DNA of 64,000 nt, taken from NCBI RefSeq assembly GCF_900539155.1, contig NZ_UQBE01000003.1; one strand, written 5' to 3'. Shown here piece after piece: positions 1 to 9,228 of this stretch. Below the pieces are notes generated by a model. That model made no database searches, was not told where the DNA came from, and was given only the letters and a program-made list of their open reading frames with translations. Made by a program: the position numbers and the translations under genes. Position 1 is the stretch's first letter, and the number at the start of each line of letters is the position of its first letter. The DNA is from an uncultured Porphyromonas sp. (GTDB taxonomy: Bacteria; Bacteroidota; Bacteroidia; Bacteroidales; Porphyromonadaceae).

Positions 1-999
1 ATTCGGACAAGCGTTGAGCGCATGTATCAGAGCGTCCTGGATTTCATCTGGAAGTATCGTCTCGGGACGGTCACAACGCTCCAAAGAGACGGTGATATGA
101 TTTTCGATTCCTGCGAACTCCTTATTAAAGAGCTCCTCATAGTCGGATACTAATTCCCAGAGAGCCTCGGTGTCCTCTTCCTTGACAGAGAGCAGAGCGA
201 CCGCCTCGCGAGGTATCGCATTGCGCATGTTACCGCCGTCAATCTCAGAGACTAGTGCGCCACACTGTGCGACCGCATCCTTGAGAAGGCGCGCCATCAG
301 CTTGTTTGCATTGGCACGACCGAGATGTATGTCCACACCGCTGTGTCCGCCCTTGAGCCCCTTGATGGTAAGGCGTACACCTATCTCGTCATCGTCTGGG
401 TGATGGTTGTCTTGATACTCGAGGGAGACGTTGACATCGACTCCGCCAGCACAGCCGACGAAGAGGTCTCCCTCCACCTCGGAGTCGATGTTGAGTAGTA
501 TATCCCCCTTGCTAAAGCCGGGCTTTAGTCCGTTAGCGCCGTCCATTCCGACCTCCTCATCAATTGTAAAGAGTGCCTCGATGGGACCATGCTTTAGCGT
601 ATCGTCGGCGAGAACCGCCAGAGAGAAGGCGACGCCCATACCGTTGTCTGCGCCGAGCGTTGTGCCATCAGCGGTAATCCAGTCCCCCTCCTGCATCGTT
701 TGGATAGGGTCGGTCTCGAAGTTGTGTACCTTGTCTGAGTTCTTCTGAGGTACCATATCTAGGTGTCCCTGCAGAGTAGCTACGGGGCGATTCTCTAGTC
801 CTGGTGTGGCTGGCTTACGGATCAACACGTTGCCCACCTCATCTACATGGGTCTCTAGTCCTAGTCGCTTGCCCTCAGCAACGACATACTCCCGCACAGC
901 CTGACAGTGGCCAGTGGGGCGGGGTATCTGTGTGAGATCATAGAAGTAGCCCCATAGTGTGGAGGGGGAGAGCTTTTGGTAGTCGGCTTTATTCATCAT
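1..999 (-). CDS. pepD: Aminoacyl-histidine (Xaa-His) dipeptidase PepD, M20C family; N-terminal ~333 aa, C-terminus runs off the window start
   Basis: Own translation of the minus strand from ATG at 999 gives MMNKADYQKLSPSTLWGYFYDLTQIPRPTGHCQ...ATLQGHLDMVPQKNSDKVHNF...GTTLGADNGMGVA...LKGGHSG. These are PepD hallmarks and no stops were seen down to position 1. Not in the ORF track, likely because there is no in-window stop. The ATG overlaps the upstream gene's stop as ATGA. Confidence 0.75.
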   Translation of the reverse strand, partial: MMNKADYQKLSPSTLWGYFYDLTQIPRPTGHCQAVREYVVAEGKRLGLETHVDEVGNVLIRKPATPGLENRPVATLQGHLDMVPQKNSDKVHNFETDPIQTMQEGDWITADGTTLGADNGMGVAFSLAVLADDTLKHGPIEALFTIDEEVGMDGANGLKPGFSKGDILLNIDSEVEGDLFVGCAGGVDVNVSLEYQDNHHPDDDEIGVRLTIKGLKGGHSGVDIHLGRANANKLMARLLKDAVAQCGALVSEIDGGNMRNAIPREAVALLSVKEEDTEALWELVSDYEELFNKEFAGIENHITVSLERCDRPETILPDEIQDALIHALNACPN

Positions 1000-2057
1000 A
1001 GCTTATTCTCGTTAGTTTTTTTGGCACCTTGACTAGCGGAGTCGGAGGTGCGCTTGTAGTGTCTGTTGACAATTGGTAAGGCAAATATAGCAATAATCCC
1101 GATAACAATCGTCCAAAGCGTTTGAACCGCGTGAACGATTAGGGCAAATAGTCCCGCCTCTGGCTCACTAACTCCGAAAGCTGTGAGGGAAATGATTACT
1201 GCATAGTGCCAGGGCCCCACACCGGCGGGGGTCGGAATGGCGATCATTAAGGTGGATAGGACGAAAGTTGCGAAGGCGACTCGATGTCCTAGCTCAGCGG
1301 TGAAAGAAAACGAGTCAAAGGTAATATAAAAGTGGTAGTAGTAGCAGCCCCAGATTAGGAGTGTAAGTAAGAGGAAGTGGCTCCACGCGCGCCAGCCTCT
1401 TAGGGTCGAGGCTGCCTGTAGGACGGAGCGGAGCTTCCCTTTGAGTCGCTCGATGAAGCGACTCCTCCTGAAGCGATAGAGTACGAGTGCGATGACGAAG
1501 AGCGAGACGCCCCCGATGGTCCACGCCGTGATGTAGTCTGGTGAGAAGAAGCGTCCCCAGCCTCCTCCGAGCGATAGCCCTTGAGCAGTCAAGATTTGTG
1601 AGAATGTCCCCGTCGGCATCAAGAGCATTACGACTAGCAGTCCTAGGACGATGAACATATCTGACAGACGGTCTACTAGGAGCGTCCCGACTGTTGTCGA
1701 GAGCGTGTAGTCCTCTCGCTGCTTCATCTCGGTGCAGCGCCACACCTCGCCAGCGCGTGGTATGGCGAAGTTGACGGCATAGCTCCCTACGGTAATCAAG
1801 ATTGGATTGATAGGACGTGCGGGTGGGTCGTAGAGCGGGCGCATCTGCAGATGCCAGCGGTAGCCACGTAGGACGTTGCCGAGTAGCCCTATCGGTAGGG
1901 ATAGGAGCAGGAACTCGTAGCGCACCCCATGCCGTAGTAGGCGTAGGGTGTCAGCAAGCTCTAGGTGACGATAGAGGTAGAGCAGTATAGCTATGCCCAA
2001 GAGAAGTGGCAGGAAGTTCTTCAACCACCATTGCCAAGGTCGTCGGATTGCTTTCAC
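996..2057 (-). CDS. Polytopic inner-membrane protein, UPF0104 / lysyl-phosphatidylglycerol-synthase-TM-like (flippase-like) family
   Basis: 353-aa ORF with ~8 hydrophobic segments. Begins MKAIRRPWQWWLKNF, has the RGYRWHLQMRPL motif, and a basic C-terminal tail. Confidence 0.5.
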   Translation of the reverse strand: MKAIRRPWQWWLKNFLPLLLGIAILLYLYRHLELADTLRLLRHGVRYEFLLLSLPIGLLGNVLRGYRWHLQMRPLYDPPARPINPILITVGSYAVNFAIPRAGEVWRCTEMKQREDYTLSTTVGTLLVDRLSDMFIVLGLLVVMLLMPTGTFSQILTAQGLSLGGGWGRFFSPDYITAWTIGGVSLFVIALVLYRFRRSRFIERLKGKLRSVLQAASTLRGWRAWSHFLLLTLLIWGCYYYHFYITFDSFSFTAELGHRVAFATFVLSTLMIAIPTPAGVGPWHYAVIISLTAFGVSEPEAGLFALIVHAVQTLWTIVIGIIAIFALPIVNRHYKRTSDSASQGAKKTNENKL

Positions 2058-2121
2058 GTGTCAAATGTACAACAAAAAGGTCACTTGTGGCGTGTGGCAG
2101 GGGGCTCGTCTCTCATTAGAT

Positions 2122-2296
2122 GAGACTGTGGCATAAAGTCGAATGGCTGTGTTGCTTTCGGGATTCGTCTTCGGTTACATACGCAGGTATGTGAGTTTCA
2201 GACCTCACCCTCAGCGCCTTGCGCTTCATCCTTTCTGCAAGGTCTAGACAACCTTGCTAGCAAGATTGTGAGCCTGTTGACTTTTGCAGCAGTCTC
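2122..2296 (+). mobile_element. 175-bp MITE-like element, copy 1, with terminal inverted repeats GAGACTGT(T)G..CA...TGCAGCAGTCTC
   Basis: Near-identical to 30725..30899 and to the reverse complement of 51922..52098. Shared internal core tgttgctttcgggattcg..cttcggt.acatacg...cagacctcaccctcagcg.cttgcgcttcatcctttctgca. Confidence 0.8.
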
Positions 2297-2473
2297 TAGA
2301 TGGAGCTGGGAGGGTTACTTGCCTGACCTTGTTATATGGAGAAGAGCACCGACACGTCTATGCGTATCGATGCTCTCCTTATATAATAGGTACTCACGAG
2401 ATACGAGCAGGAGCCACTACGGGCTGTGAGGCTCGTCTCTACGAGAGTGTCTGTGTGTCTCTTGCAGACAGAT

Positions 2474-2625
2474 TACTTCTTAAGGAAGTCCTGTACGTGG
2501 TCGTTGGGCACCATCTCCTCTTGGAAGGTATAAGCACCAGTCTTGGGCGACTTGACCATCTTGATAACCTTCGAGTATGAGCGACCATCGCCCGTTCTAA
2601 AGGTTGCGACTGATTTCTTAGCCAT
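2474..2625 (-). CDS. DUF4295-like small protein (50 aa) immediately downstream of rpmG
   Basis: Own translation: MAKKSVATFRTGDGRSYSKVIKMVKSPKTGAYTFQEEMVPNDHVQDFLKK. The rpmB-rpmG-DUF4295 arrangement is typical of Bacteroidetes. It is below the ORF-track size cut-off, and the plus-strand ORF 2284..2580 is the antisense artefact. Confidence 0.6.
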
Positions 2626-2666
2626 TTGTACTTAGTTCTTATAGGGTTATATTGACGGGGAGGTGA

Positions 2667-2855
2667 TTACTTTATCTCACGGTGTAGCGTGTAGCGCTTG
2701 AGTATAGGATTATACTTCTTGAGTTCTAGACGCTGTGTTGTATTCTTCCGATTCTTTGTTGTGACGTAGCGAGAGGTGCCTGGCATGCCACTCTCTTTGT
2801 GCTCGGTGCACTCGAGGATAACTTGTACTCGATCGCCTTTACCTTTCTTAGACAT
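2667..2855 (-). CDS. rpmG: 50S ribosomal protein L33
   Basis: [60 protein letters not shown]; the Cys-x-x-His L33 pattern. Confidence 0.9.
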   Translation of the reverse strand: MSKKGKGDRVQVILECTEHKESGMPGTSRYVTTKNRKNTTQRLELKKYNPILKRYTLHREIK

Positions 2856-2889
2856 AGTAAGTGAGTGTGATTAAGGAGTGAGTGGATGA

Positions 2890-3135
2890 TTAGTCTTTGA
2901 TGCTCAGGTAGCCAGCATCGCTAGCGCGCTTGAGAGCTTCGTTAAGCCCTACACGATTTATTAGACGCAGACCAGCTGCTGAAACCTTCAGAGAGATCCA
3001 GCGATCCTCCTCGGGCCAGTAAAACTTCTTACGGAAGAGGTTGACGTCAAAGGTACGCTTCGTACGACGCTTGGAGTGGGACACATTGTTGCCCACCATA
3101 GCCTTCTTACCGGTTATTTGACATATCTTAGACAT
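2890..3135 (-). CDS. rpmB: 50S ribosomal protein L28
   Basis: Internal Met of ORF 2890..3378: [34 protein letters not shown]...; 81 aa. The longer upstream extension is unlikely to be real. Confidence 0.9.
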   Translation of the reverse strand: MSKICQITGKKAMVGNNVSHSKRRTKRTFDVNLFRKKFYWPEEDRWISLKVSAAGLRLINRVGLNEALKRASDAGYLSIKD

Positions 3136-3472
3136 GACGGTGTGGTATTTCTTTATATACTTCGATGTTTCTTCTCGGGGTGATACAGGTCTTCCGTAAG
3201 CATCATCTGGAATTGACCTACAATCGGATTGCAAAGTAACGCAAATATTCTGACATAAGCAAATCTCTACTAGCTTATCAGTTGCCACGCGCCTCGACAA
3301 GAGGCTGTGGCAGCCTGGCTTTGCCGACGGTCTGAGTTGTAGAGATTGCATAGCTTGATAGGAGGAAGCACAGTGCAAAGAGCGGGGGTTGTGACGTCTC
3401 TCACGAGAGCTGTGAGATGTGCTTGCGGCGTCGAGATTGTGAGAGAGTTCGATAAATCTGCCTTATATTCAG

Positions 3473-3480
3473 TATCTTTG
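3473..3480 (+). promoter_or_regulatory. Bacteroidetes sigma-A -7 box (TATCTTTG = TAnnTTTG) ~30 nt upstream of the SulP start
   Basis: Exact match to the TAnnTTTG consensus at the expected distance from ATG 3510. No clean -33 TTTG was found. Confidence 0.3.
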
Positions 3481-3509
3481 TAGCAGTACCAACCATTTTT
3501 CTTACGCTT

Positions 3510-5204
3510 ATGTCTATCATGAAGGGACTCGTGCCTGAGTTTTTTCTCTCTCTACGTGGTTATTCACGACAGGACTTTCTCAAGGATCTCACAGCGGGTA
3601 TCATTGTTGGCGTGGTCGCCCTGCCGCTAGCTATCGCCTTCGGTATCGCCAGTGGGGTTTCGCCGACGGAGGGGTTGCTGACGGCTATCATCGGTGGTTT
3701 TCTGGTCTCGCTACTAGGCGGTAGCAAGGTGCAGATCGGAGGGCCGACGGGGGCCTTCATCGTGATCGTCTACGGGATCATTCAGCAGCACGGACTGGAC
3801 GGGCTGGCCATTGCGACGATCATGGCGGGCTTGCTCCTGATGCTGCTGGGCTTCTTGCGCTTGGGTGGTCTGGTGCGCTTCATCCCTTATCCGATCATCG
3901 TGGGCTTTACGGCGGGTATCGCCGTGACCATCTTCACGACGCAGATCGCTGACCTCTTCGGGCTACAGATCGAGTCAATGCCGGGAGACTTCATCGGTAA
4001 GTGGCAGGTGCTGATCGCCAACTTTGCGACGGCGTCGTGGATCCCCTTTGCCTTTGCGGTCTGTACGATACTGATCATCAGGATTTTGCCTAAAGTCAAT
4101 GCGAAGATCCCAAGCACGCTGGTGGCATTGGTGCTACTCACGCTGGTGAGCTTTGGTCTCCAGCAGTTGGGCTACCTTAGACCGGAGAATATCGGGGACA
4201 ACTATACGATAGAGCGTGCGCTGCCGACCTTCGTCATGCCGACGATCACGGTGGAGCGTATCGTGGCGCTCTTTCCCTCTGCTCTAACGATCATGCTACT
4301 GGGTGCTATGGAGAGTCTGCTCTCGGCCTCGGTGGCGGATGGTGTGATCGGGGCGAAGCACAATCCTGACAGCGAATTGATCGGTCAGGGCGTGGCTAAC
4401 GTGGTGGTGCCTTTCTTCGGAGGGATCCCGGTGACGGGGGCTATCGCTCGTACGATGACCAATATCAATAGCGGTGGACGGACTCCCATGGCGGGAATCA
4501 TCCATGCGGTGGTGCTCCTGCTGATCATGCTCCTGCTCTCGCCCCTGACGGCGCATATCCCGATGGCGGTGCTGGCGGGTGTGCTGGTGGTGGTCTCTTA
4601 TAATATGAGTGGCTGGCGATCGTTTGTCTCGATCTTTAAGGGACCACGAGGGGATACGGTTATCCTACTGGTGACCTTCCTGCTGACGGTGCTAACCGAT
4701 CTGACAGTGGCGATCGGGGTGGGCATGCTGCTGGCGATAGCTCTGCTCTTCCGTCGCATCCTCGACGTAAGCTCTGTCGAGCAGATCGGGGTGGGCGAGA
4801 TCACGGACGAGCCACTGGCTGAGGAGCATCTGGAGCTTCCATCACGGGTGGAGGTCTACGAGGTCGAGGGACCGTTTTTCTTTGGCATTGCCAATAAGTT
4901 TGAGGAGGTGATGGTGACGGTTCACGACCATCCGGAGGTACGAATCATCCGTATGCGTCGCGTGCCATTCATCGACAGCACGGGGCTACACAACCTGCAG
5001 ATGGTCCTGGCACGACAGCGTAGGCGCGGCGTGCATGTCGTGCTGAGTGGCGTGCGTCCTGCGGTCTATACGCATCTGGAGCAGACGGGTATCATCGATC
5101 AGCTGGGACGGGAGAATGTGCTGCCGACCTTTGCTGAGGCGCAGAAGCGAGCTTTGGCACTCTACGAGGAGATCAGTGCGACAGCGCCCAAACCTCAGAA
5201 ATAG
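3510..5204 (+). CDS. SulP-family anion (sulfate/bicarbonate) transporter with C-terminal STAS domain
   Basis: 564 aa. Multiple Gly-rich TM helices, then the C-terminal VYEVEGPFFFG...RMRRVPFIDSTG STAS/anti-sigma-antagonist-like motif. Confidence 0.9.
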   Translation: MSIMKGLVPEFFLSLRGYSRQDFLKDLTAGIIVGVVALPLAIAFGIASGVSPTEGLLTAIIGGFLVSLLGGSKVQIGGPTGAFIVIVYGIIQQHGLDGLAIATIMAGLLLMLLGFLRLGGLVRFIPYPIIVGFTAGIAVTIFTTQIADLFGLQIESMPGDFIGKWQVLIANFATASWIPFAFAVCTILIIRILPKVNAKIPSTLVALVLLTLVSFGLQQLGYLRPENIGDNYTIERALPTFVMPTITVERIVALFPSALTIMLLGAMESLLSASVADGVIGAKHNPDSELIGQGVANVVVPFFGGIPVTGAIARTMTNINSGGRTPMAGIIHAVVLLLIMLLLSPLTAHIPMAVLAGVLVVVSYNMSGWRSFVSIFKGPRGDTVILLVTFLLTVLTDLTVAIGVGMLLAIALLFRRILDVSSVEQIGVGEITDEPLAEEHLELPSRVEVYEVEGPFFFGIANKFEEVMVTVHDHPEVRIIRMRRVPFIDSTGLHNLQMVLARQRRRGVHVVLSGVRPAVYTHLEQTGIIDQLGRENVLPTFAEAQKRALALYEEISATAPKPQK

Positions 5205-5238
5205 TATTAACTTTGGGGCATAACTCAAAGACGTTACG

Positions 5239-5859
5239 ATGATGACAGAACGACTGACACGGCTAATCTTTAGCACGATGCTGCTAGCACTGAGCTCACT
5301 CGGGCTAGCTGCTCAGGAGGTTGTGGTGCCTGGAGAACCTGAGCCTCCGACACCCGAAAAGCGCAATGAAGTACGATTGAACCTCTACGCTCCGATACCT
5401 TTTCAGGCTGTTGCGCTGGAGTATGAGCGTGCGCTGGCTCTAGATGTGGGTGTAGGGGTTATGGCGAGCGCTTATTTTGGACCTAATCGATTTAACGTCA
5501 TCTTTTTCCCTACAGCGGGCGTGATGCCTTATGGTCGCTGGTACTTTGGAGGCGTTTTGTTTTCTATGAAAAAACCTAATGCGGGCTTTTTCCTAGAGGC
5601 TAATAGCTCTATTGCCTACAACGATAACCTACGCAATGTGCACTATGAATACTCCTCAGAAACGGAAAAGTGGGAGAAGAAGATCGAAGAGCGGAGCGGT
5701 GTCTCGTGGGGCATCGGCTTAGGCGGCGGGTTCAAGCTGGTCACGCGTAGCAACTGGAGCGGAGAGATAAGCTGTCGTCTGGGACGTAATATCGTGAAGG
5801 TGAGTAAGTGGAACATCGCCTACATATACCCTGCGATCTCGGTGGGTTACCGCTTCTAG
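5239..5859 (+). CDS. Small outer-membrane beta-barrel protein (DUF3575-like), with signal peptide
   Basis: 206 aa. Signal peptide MMTERLTRLIFSTMLLALSSLGLAAQE, alternating amphipathic strands, and a C-terminal ...SVGYRF ending in aromatic Phe, which is an OMP beta-signal. Confidence 0.55.
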   Translation: MMTERLTRLIFSTMLLALSSLGLAAQEVVVPGEPEPPTPEKRNEVRLNLYAPIPFQAVALEYERALALDVGVGVMASAYFGPNRFNVIFFPTAGVMPYGRWYFGGVLFSMKKPNAGFFLEANSSIAYNDNLRNVHYEYSSETEKWEKKIEERSGVSWGIGLGGGFKLVTRSNWSGEISCRLGRNIVKVSKWNIAYIYPAISVGYRF

Positions 5860-5885
5860 TGAGTGTCAAGCTCTGAACGAAACAA

Positions 5886-5922
5886 AAAAGGTTTAACCTC
5901 TCTCGTGGGGCTAGAACCTTTT
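5886..5922. terminator. Bidirectional rho-independent terminator between the OMP gene (+) and rlmN (-)
   Basis: Stem aaaaggtt / aacctttt (8 bp) around a 22-nt loop, with T/A runs on both sides. Confidence 0.4.
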
Positions 5923-5930
5923 GTCATAAT

Positions 5931-5957
5931 GAGACTGTTGACTTTTGCAACAGTCTC
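5931..5957. repeat. Solo palindromic hairpin unit GAGACTGTTG-acttttg-CAACAGTCTC
   Basis: Perfect 10-bp stem and 7-nt loop. The same unit is fused into the ends of the 175-bp MITE copies and recurs at 22157, 32452, 59094 and 59150. Confidence 0.8.
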
Positions 5958-5974
5958 GTAATGGGGGTGAGGGC

Positions 5975-7033
5975 TTATGCGCCTTGCTGCTCTTGGGTGC
6001 TGAGCATACCGCAGGCGGCGCTGATGTCTTCGCCACGGGAGGTGCGGATGGTGGTCGGTATGCCCGCCTCGCAGAGCCGATCGCGGAGCCACTCCATGCG
6101 GGTCATATCGGAGCTGGGCAGGTCGATGTGCGGGATGCGGTGGTAGCGGATCAGGTTGACGTGACAGTCGAGCTGTGCGAGTAGACGCTTGAGGGCTGCA
6201 AGGTGACGGGGTGTGTCGTTGAGCCCTGAGAAGACGATATACTCGAAGGTGAGGCGACGCTGATGGCTCCAGTCGTAGTGCCGCAGGAGTGCCACCGTGT
6301 CGGCGAGGGGCATGGCGCGCTCTACGGGCATAATGGATAAACGCTCCTCCGACAGTGGGTTATGCAGGCTAATAGCGAGATGACAGGTGCACTCCTCCAA
6401 GAAACGCTCCAAGCCTGGGCGCAGTCCGATGGTCGAGACGGTGATGCGCTTAGGACTCATCGCCAGCCCCTGCGGATCGGTCAGACAGCGGATCACTTGT
6501 AGGAGCGTGTCTATATTGTCCATCGGCTCGCCCATCCCCATGAAGACGATGTTGGTCAACTCATTGACCTCAGGCACAGAGAGGATCTGGTTGAGGATTT
6601 CGCTTGCCGAGAGGTTAGCGCCGAAACCTTGCTTGCCCGTCATGCAGAAGAGACAGTTCATCTTACAGCCTCGCTGGGAAGATACGCAGAGCGTGGCGCG
6701 GTCTCCCTCGGGGATCATGACCGTCTCGACGAAGCCTCCACCAGCGGCAAAGAGGTACTTGACCGTGCCGTCTCGTGAAGTTTGCTGTAGATGAGGTGCC
6801 GCACGGCCTATCTCGTAGTGCGAGGCGAGCAGCGCGCGCGACTTCTTGCTCAGGTTCGTCATCTCGTCCCACGAGGAGACATGCTTCTGGTAGAGCCAGT
6901 CGGCGATCTGCCGACCTGTGTATTTGGGCAGTCCTAGGCCAACGGCTAGCTCCGTGAGCTGCGCAGGCGTCTTGCCGAGGATCTGGTGCGTTGCAGTCAT
7001 GAGAGGGGGCGTATCAGACGAGGTCAAAGTCAA
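5975..7033 (-). CDS. rlmN: 23S rRNA (A2503-C2)/tRNA methyltransferase RlmN, radical SAM
   Basis: GCKMNCLFCMTG radical-SAM CxxxCxxC motif and MGMGEP. The start could be the internal MTATHQ, 11 codons in; the start as given overlaps rnr by 20 nt. Confidence 0.9.
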   Translation of the reverse strand: MTLTSSDTPPLMTATHQILGKTPAQLTELAVGLGLPKYTGRQIADWLYQKHVSSWDEMTNLSKKSRALLASHYEIGRAAPHLQQTSRDGTVKYLFAAGGGFVETVMIPEGDRATLCVSSQRGCKMNCLFCMTGKQGFGANLSASEILNQILSVPEVNELTNIVFMGMGEPMDNIDTLLQVIRCLTDPQGLAMSPKRITVSTIGLRPGLERFLEECTCHLAISLHNPLSEERLSIMPVERAMPLADTVALLRHYDWSHQRRLTFEYIVFSGLNDTPRHLAALKRLLAQLDCHVNLIRYHRIPHIDLPSSDMTRMEWLRDRLCEAGIPTTIRTSRGEDISAACGMLSTQEQQGA

Positions 7034-9191
7034 GCTGTCGCTGCTCTAGGTCGGCACGAGTGACGCGTACGGTGATCGGGTCGCCAAGGTTGTAGCGCTT
7101 GCCGGTGCGTCGCCCACGGAGGCGGTAGTTCTTCTCATCGTACTCAAAGTAGTCGTCCTCGAGCTTGCGGATCGGTATGAGTCCCTCGCAGTGCGACCCC
7201 TTGAGCTCCACATAAAGGCCCCACTCGGCGACCCCGCTGATGACTCCATCGAAGACCTGTCCCATACGAGCTTTCATATACTCCACCTGCTTGTACTTGA
7301 TCGAGTCACGCTCTGCCTGTGTGGCTATCTGCTCCTGCTCGCTGCAGTGCTGGCACTGCTCCTCGAGCTTGCCCTTTGTCACAGAGCGACCACCTGCGTA
7401 GTAGCGTGTCAAGAGGCGGTGCACCATCAGGTCGGGGTAGCGACGAATAGGCGAGGTGAAGTGGGTGTAGAAAGCAAAGGAGAGTCCGTAGTGGCCGATG
7501 TTGTCTGGTGAGTACTCGGCACGGGTCATAGAGCGGATGGCGAGTGTCTCGATGAGGCTCTCCTCACGCTTGCCCTGGACGCTGTCGAGGAGCTTGTTGA
7601 AGGAGCGACTCACCTGACGATTCTCGCCACTGAGATTGACTTTGTAGCCAAACTTACCAGCAAAAGAGGCGAGCGCCATCAGCTTTTCTTCGCTAGGCTG
7701 TGCGTGGACACGGTAGACGAAGTTCTTCGCCTTCTTGCCCTTGGCACGAACCTGCCCGATGTCCTCAGCAACGGTGCGATTGGCTAGGAGCATAAACTCC
7801 TCGATGAGGTGGTGCGACTCATTGTCTATCACCTCCTCGACACCCGTGGGACGACCCTTGGGGTCTAGAACGAAGCGCACCTCTTGGCTCTGGAACTTGA
7901 TCGCACCCTCGTCAAAGCGGCGCTTGCGCAACTGCTGGGAGAGCTCGAAGAGTGGCTGAATGATCGCCTGCTGGGTGTCACTGCGTCCCTCAATCACATC
8001 CTGCGCCTCCTCGTAAGTCATGCGCTGATCGCTCCGGATCACCGTGCGACAGATGCGGTACTGCTGTACGTGCGCTGCATTGTCTAGCGTGAGGATACAG
8101 GAGTAAGCATACTTATCCTCGTTGGGGCGTAGCGAACAGAGATTGTTGCACAGTGCCTCAGGGAGCATCGGGATGGTGCGGTCCACGAGGTAAACGCTGG
8201 TGCCACGTGCGTAAGCCTCCTCGTCAATCTTAGACCCCTCGGTGACGAAGTAAGAGACATCGGCAATGTGAACGCCCACTTCGTGCCGGCCATCGCCGAG
8301 GTCACGGTAAGAGAGTGCATCGTCAAAGTCCTTAGCATCGGCTGGGTCAATGGTGAGCGTCGGCACCTCGCGAAAGTCCTCTCGCTGTGCCAGCTGCTCT
8401 TGGGTTATCTCGCCCGAGAGTCGCTCTGCCTCGTCGATAGCAGCCTGTGGGTAGTCGTAGTCTATATTGTATTCAGTCAGTATGGCGCGCATCTCGGTGT
8501 CGTTGTCGCCCGCCTTGCCGAGTACCTTGAGGACACGTCCCGTGGGGATCTTGTCCGAGCTAGGCCACTCGGTGATAGCTACCTCCACCTTAGAGTCTCG
8601 CTGAGCACCGTTTAGTTCGCTGAGCGGGATCAGTATGTCGGTCGAGAGGGTGCGGTCTTCGGTGACGAAGATGGCCCAGTCCTTTTTGAATTCCAGTCGC
8701 CCGACGAAGGTGTGCTTTGATCGCTCAATGATATTGATCACCTCGCCCTCTAGATCTCCGCCCTGACGCTTGGCAAAGAGACGCGCCTGTACCCGGTCGC
8801 CGTTGAGCGCATGCATGGAGTTACGCTCAGCGATGAAGATGCTCTTGCCATCCTCGTCAGAGATGAATGCGTTGCGCCCGTTGGAGCGACGCTCGAAGGT
8901 GCCGAAGAGCAGAGCTCCCGAGAGATTATAGCGATAGGTGCCCGGCTTGACCCGTGTGAGCGTGTCGTCCAGCTCCAGCACCTCGAGGATGCGGCTGATG
9001 GACTGGCGCATCGGTTGCTCCGTGATGCCGAGTTGCTTGGAGACCTGCTTGTAGTTCCACGTGTGGGTTGGGTTTGTGGCAAAGAGCTTGACGACGGCTC
9101 GTGTTAGTTCGTCGAGGTTAAGCCGCTCAGCTTTGGAGCGTTTGGTAGGGTTCTTCTTGGGTGTGTTTTTCTTTCTAGATGGTTTCGTCAT
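7014..9191 (-). CDS. rnr: Ribonuclease R (RNB-family 3'-5' exoribonuclease) with a C-terminal S1 domain
   Basis: 725 aa. TIDPADAKDFDDALS and HYGL...YTHFTSPIRRYPDL RNB motifs, plus a basic N-terminal tail. Confidence 0.95.
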   Translation of the reverse strand: MTKPSRKKNTPKKNPTKRSKAERLNLDELTRAVVKLFATNPTHTWNYKQVSKQLGITEQPMRQSISRILEVLELDDTLTRVKPGTYRYNLSGALLFGTFERRSNGRNAFISDEDGKSIFIAERNSMHALNGDRVQARLFAKRQGGDLEGEVINIIERSKHTFVGRLEFKKDWAIFVTEDRTLSTDILIPLSELNGAQRDSKVEVAITEWPSSDKIPTGRVLKVLGKAGDNDTEMRAILTEYNIDYDYPQAAIDEAERLSGEITQEQLAQREDFREVPTLTIDPADAKDFDDALSYRDLGDGRHEVGVHIADVSYFVTEGSKIDEEAYARGTSVYLVDRTIPMLPEALCNNLCSLRPNEDKYAYSCILTLDNAAHVQQYRICRTVIRSDQRMTYEEAQDVIEGRSDTQQAIIQPLFELSQQLRKRRFDEGAIKFQSQEVRFVLDPKGRPTGVEEVIDNESHHLIEEFMLLANRTVAEDIGQVRAKGKKAKNFVYRVHAQPSEEKLMALASFAGKFGYKVNLSGENRQVSRSFNKLLDSVQGKREESLIETLAIRSMTRAEYSPDNIGHYGLSFAFYTHFTSPIRRYPDLMVHRLLTRYYAGGRSVTKGKLEEQCQHCSEQEQIATQAERDSIKYKQVEYMKARMGQVFDGVISGVAEWGLYVELKGSHCEGLIPIRKLEDDYFEYDEKNYRLRGRRTGKRYNLGDPITVRVTRADLEQRQLDFDLV

Positions 9192-9228
9192 AATCGTTTG
9201 GTTAATGTGTGTGTATGCGTTTGGGGAC

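Noticed and set aside
170-748. Plus-strand ORFs 170..403 and 431..748
   Set aside because: They overlap, on the opposite strand, a continuous PepD-like reading frame with strong family hallmarks. They are antisense artefacts.
1315-1743. 142-aa alternative-frame ORF inside the membrane-protein gene
   Set aside because: Arg-rich out-of-frame translation of a GC-rich gene; the 353-aa TM protein frame is coherent.
2284-2580. 98-aa plus-strand ORF
   Set aside because: It is antisense to the DUF4295-like 50-aa gene that forms the conserved rpmB-rpmG-DUF4295 unit, and its sequence is Leu/His-rich junk.
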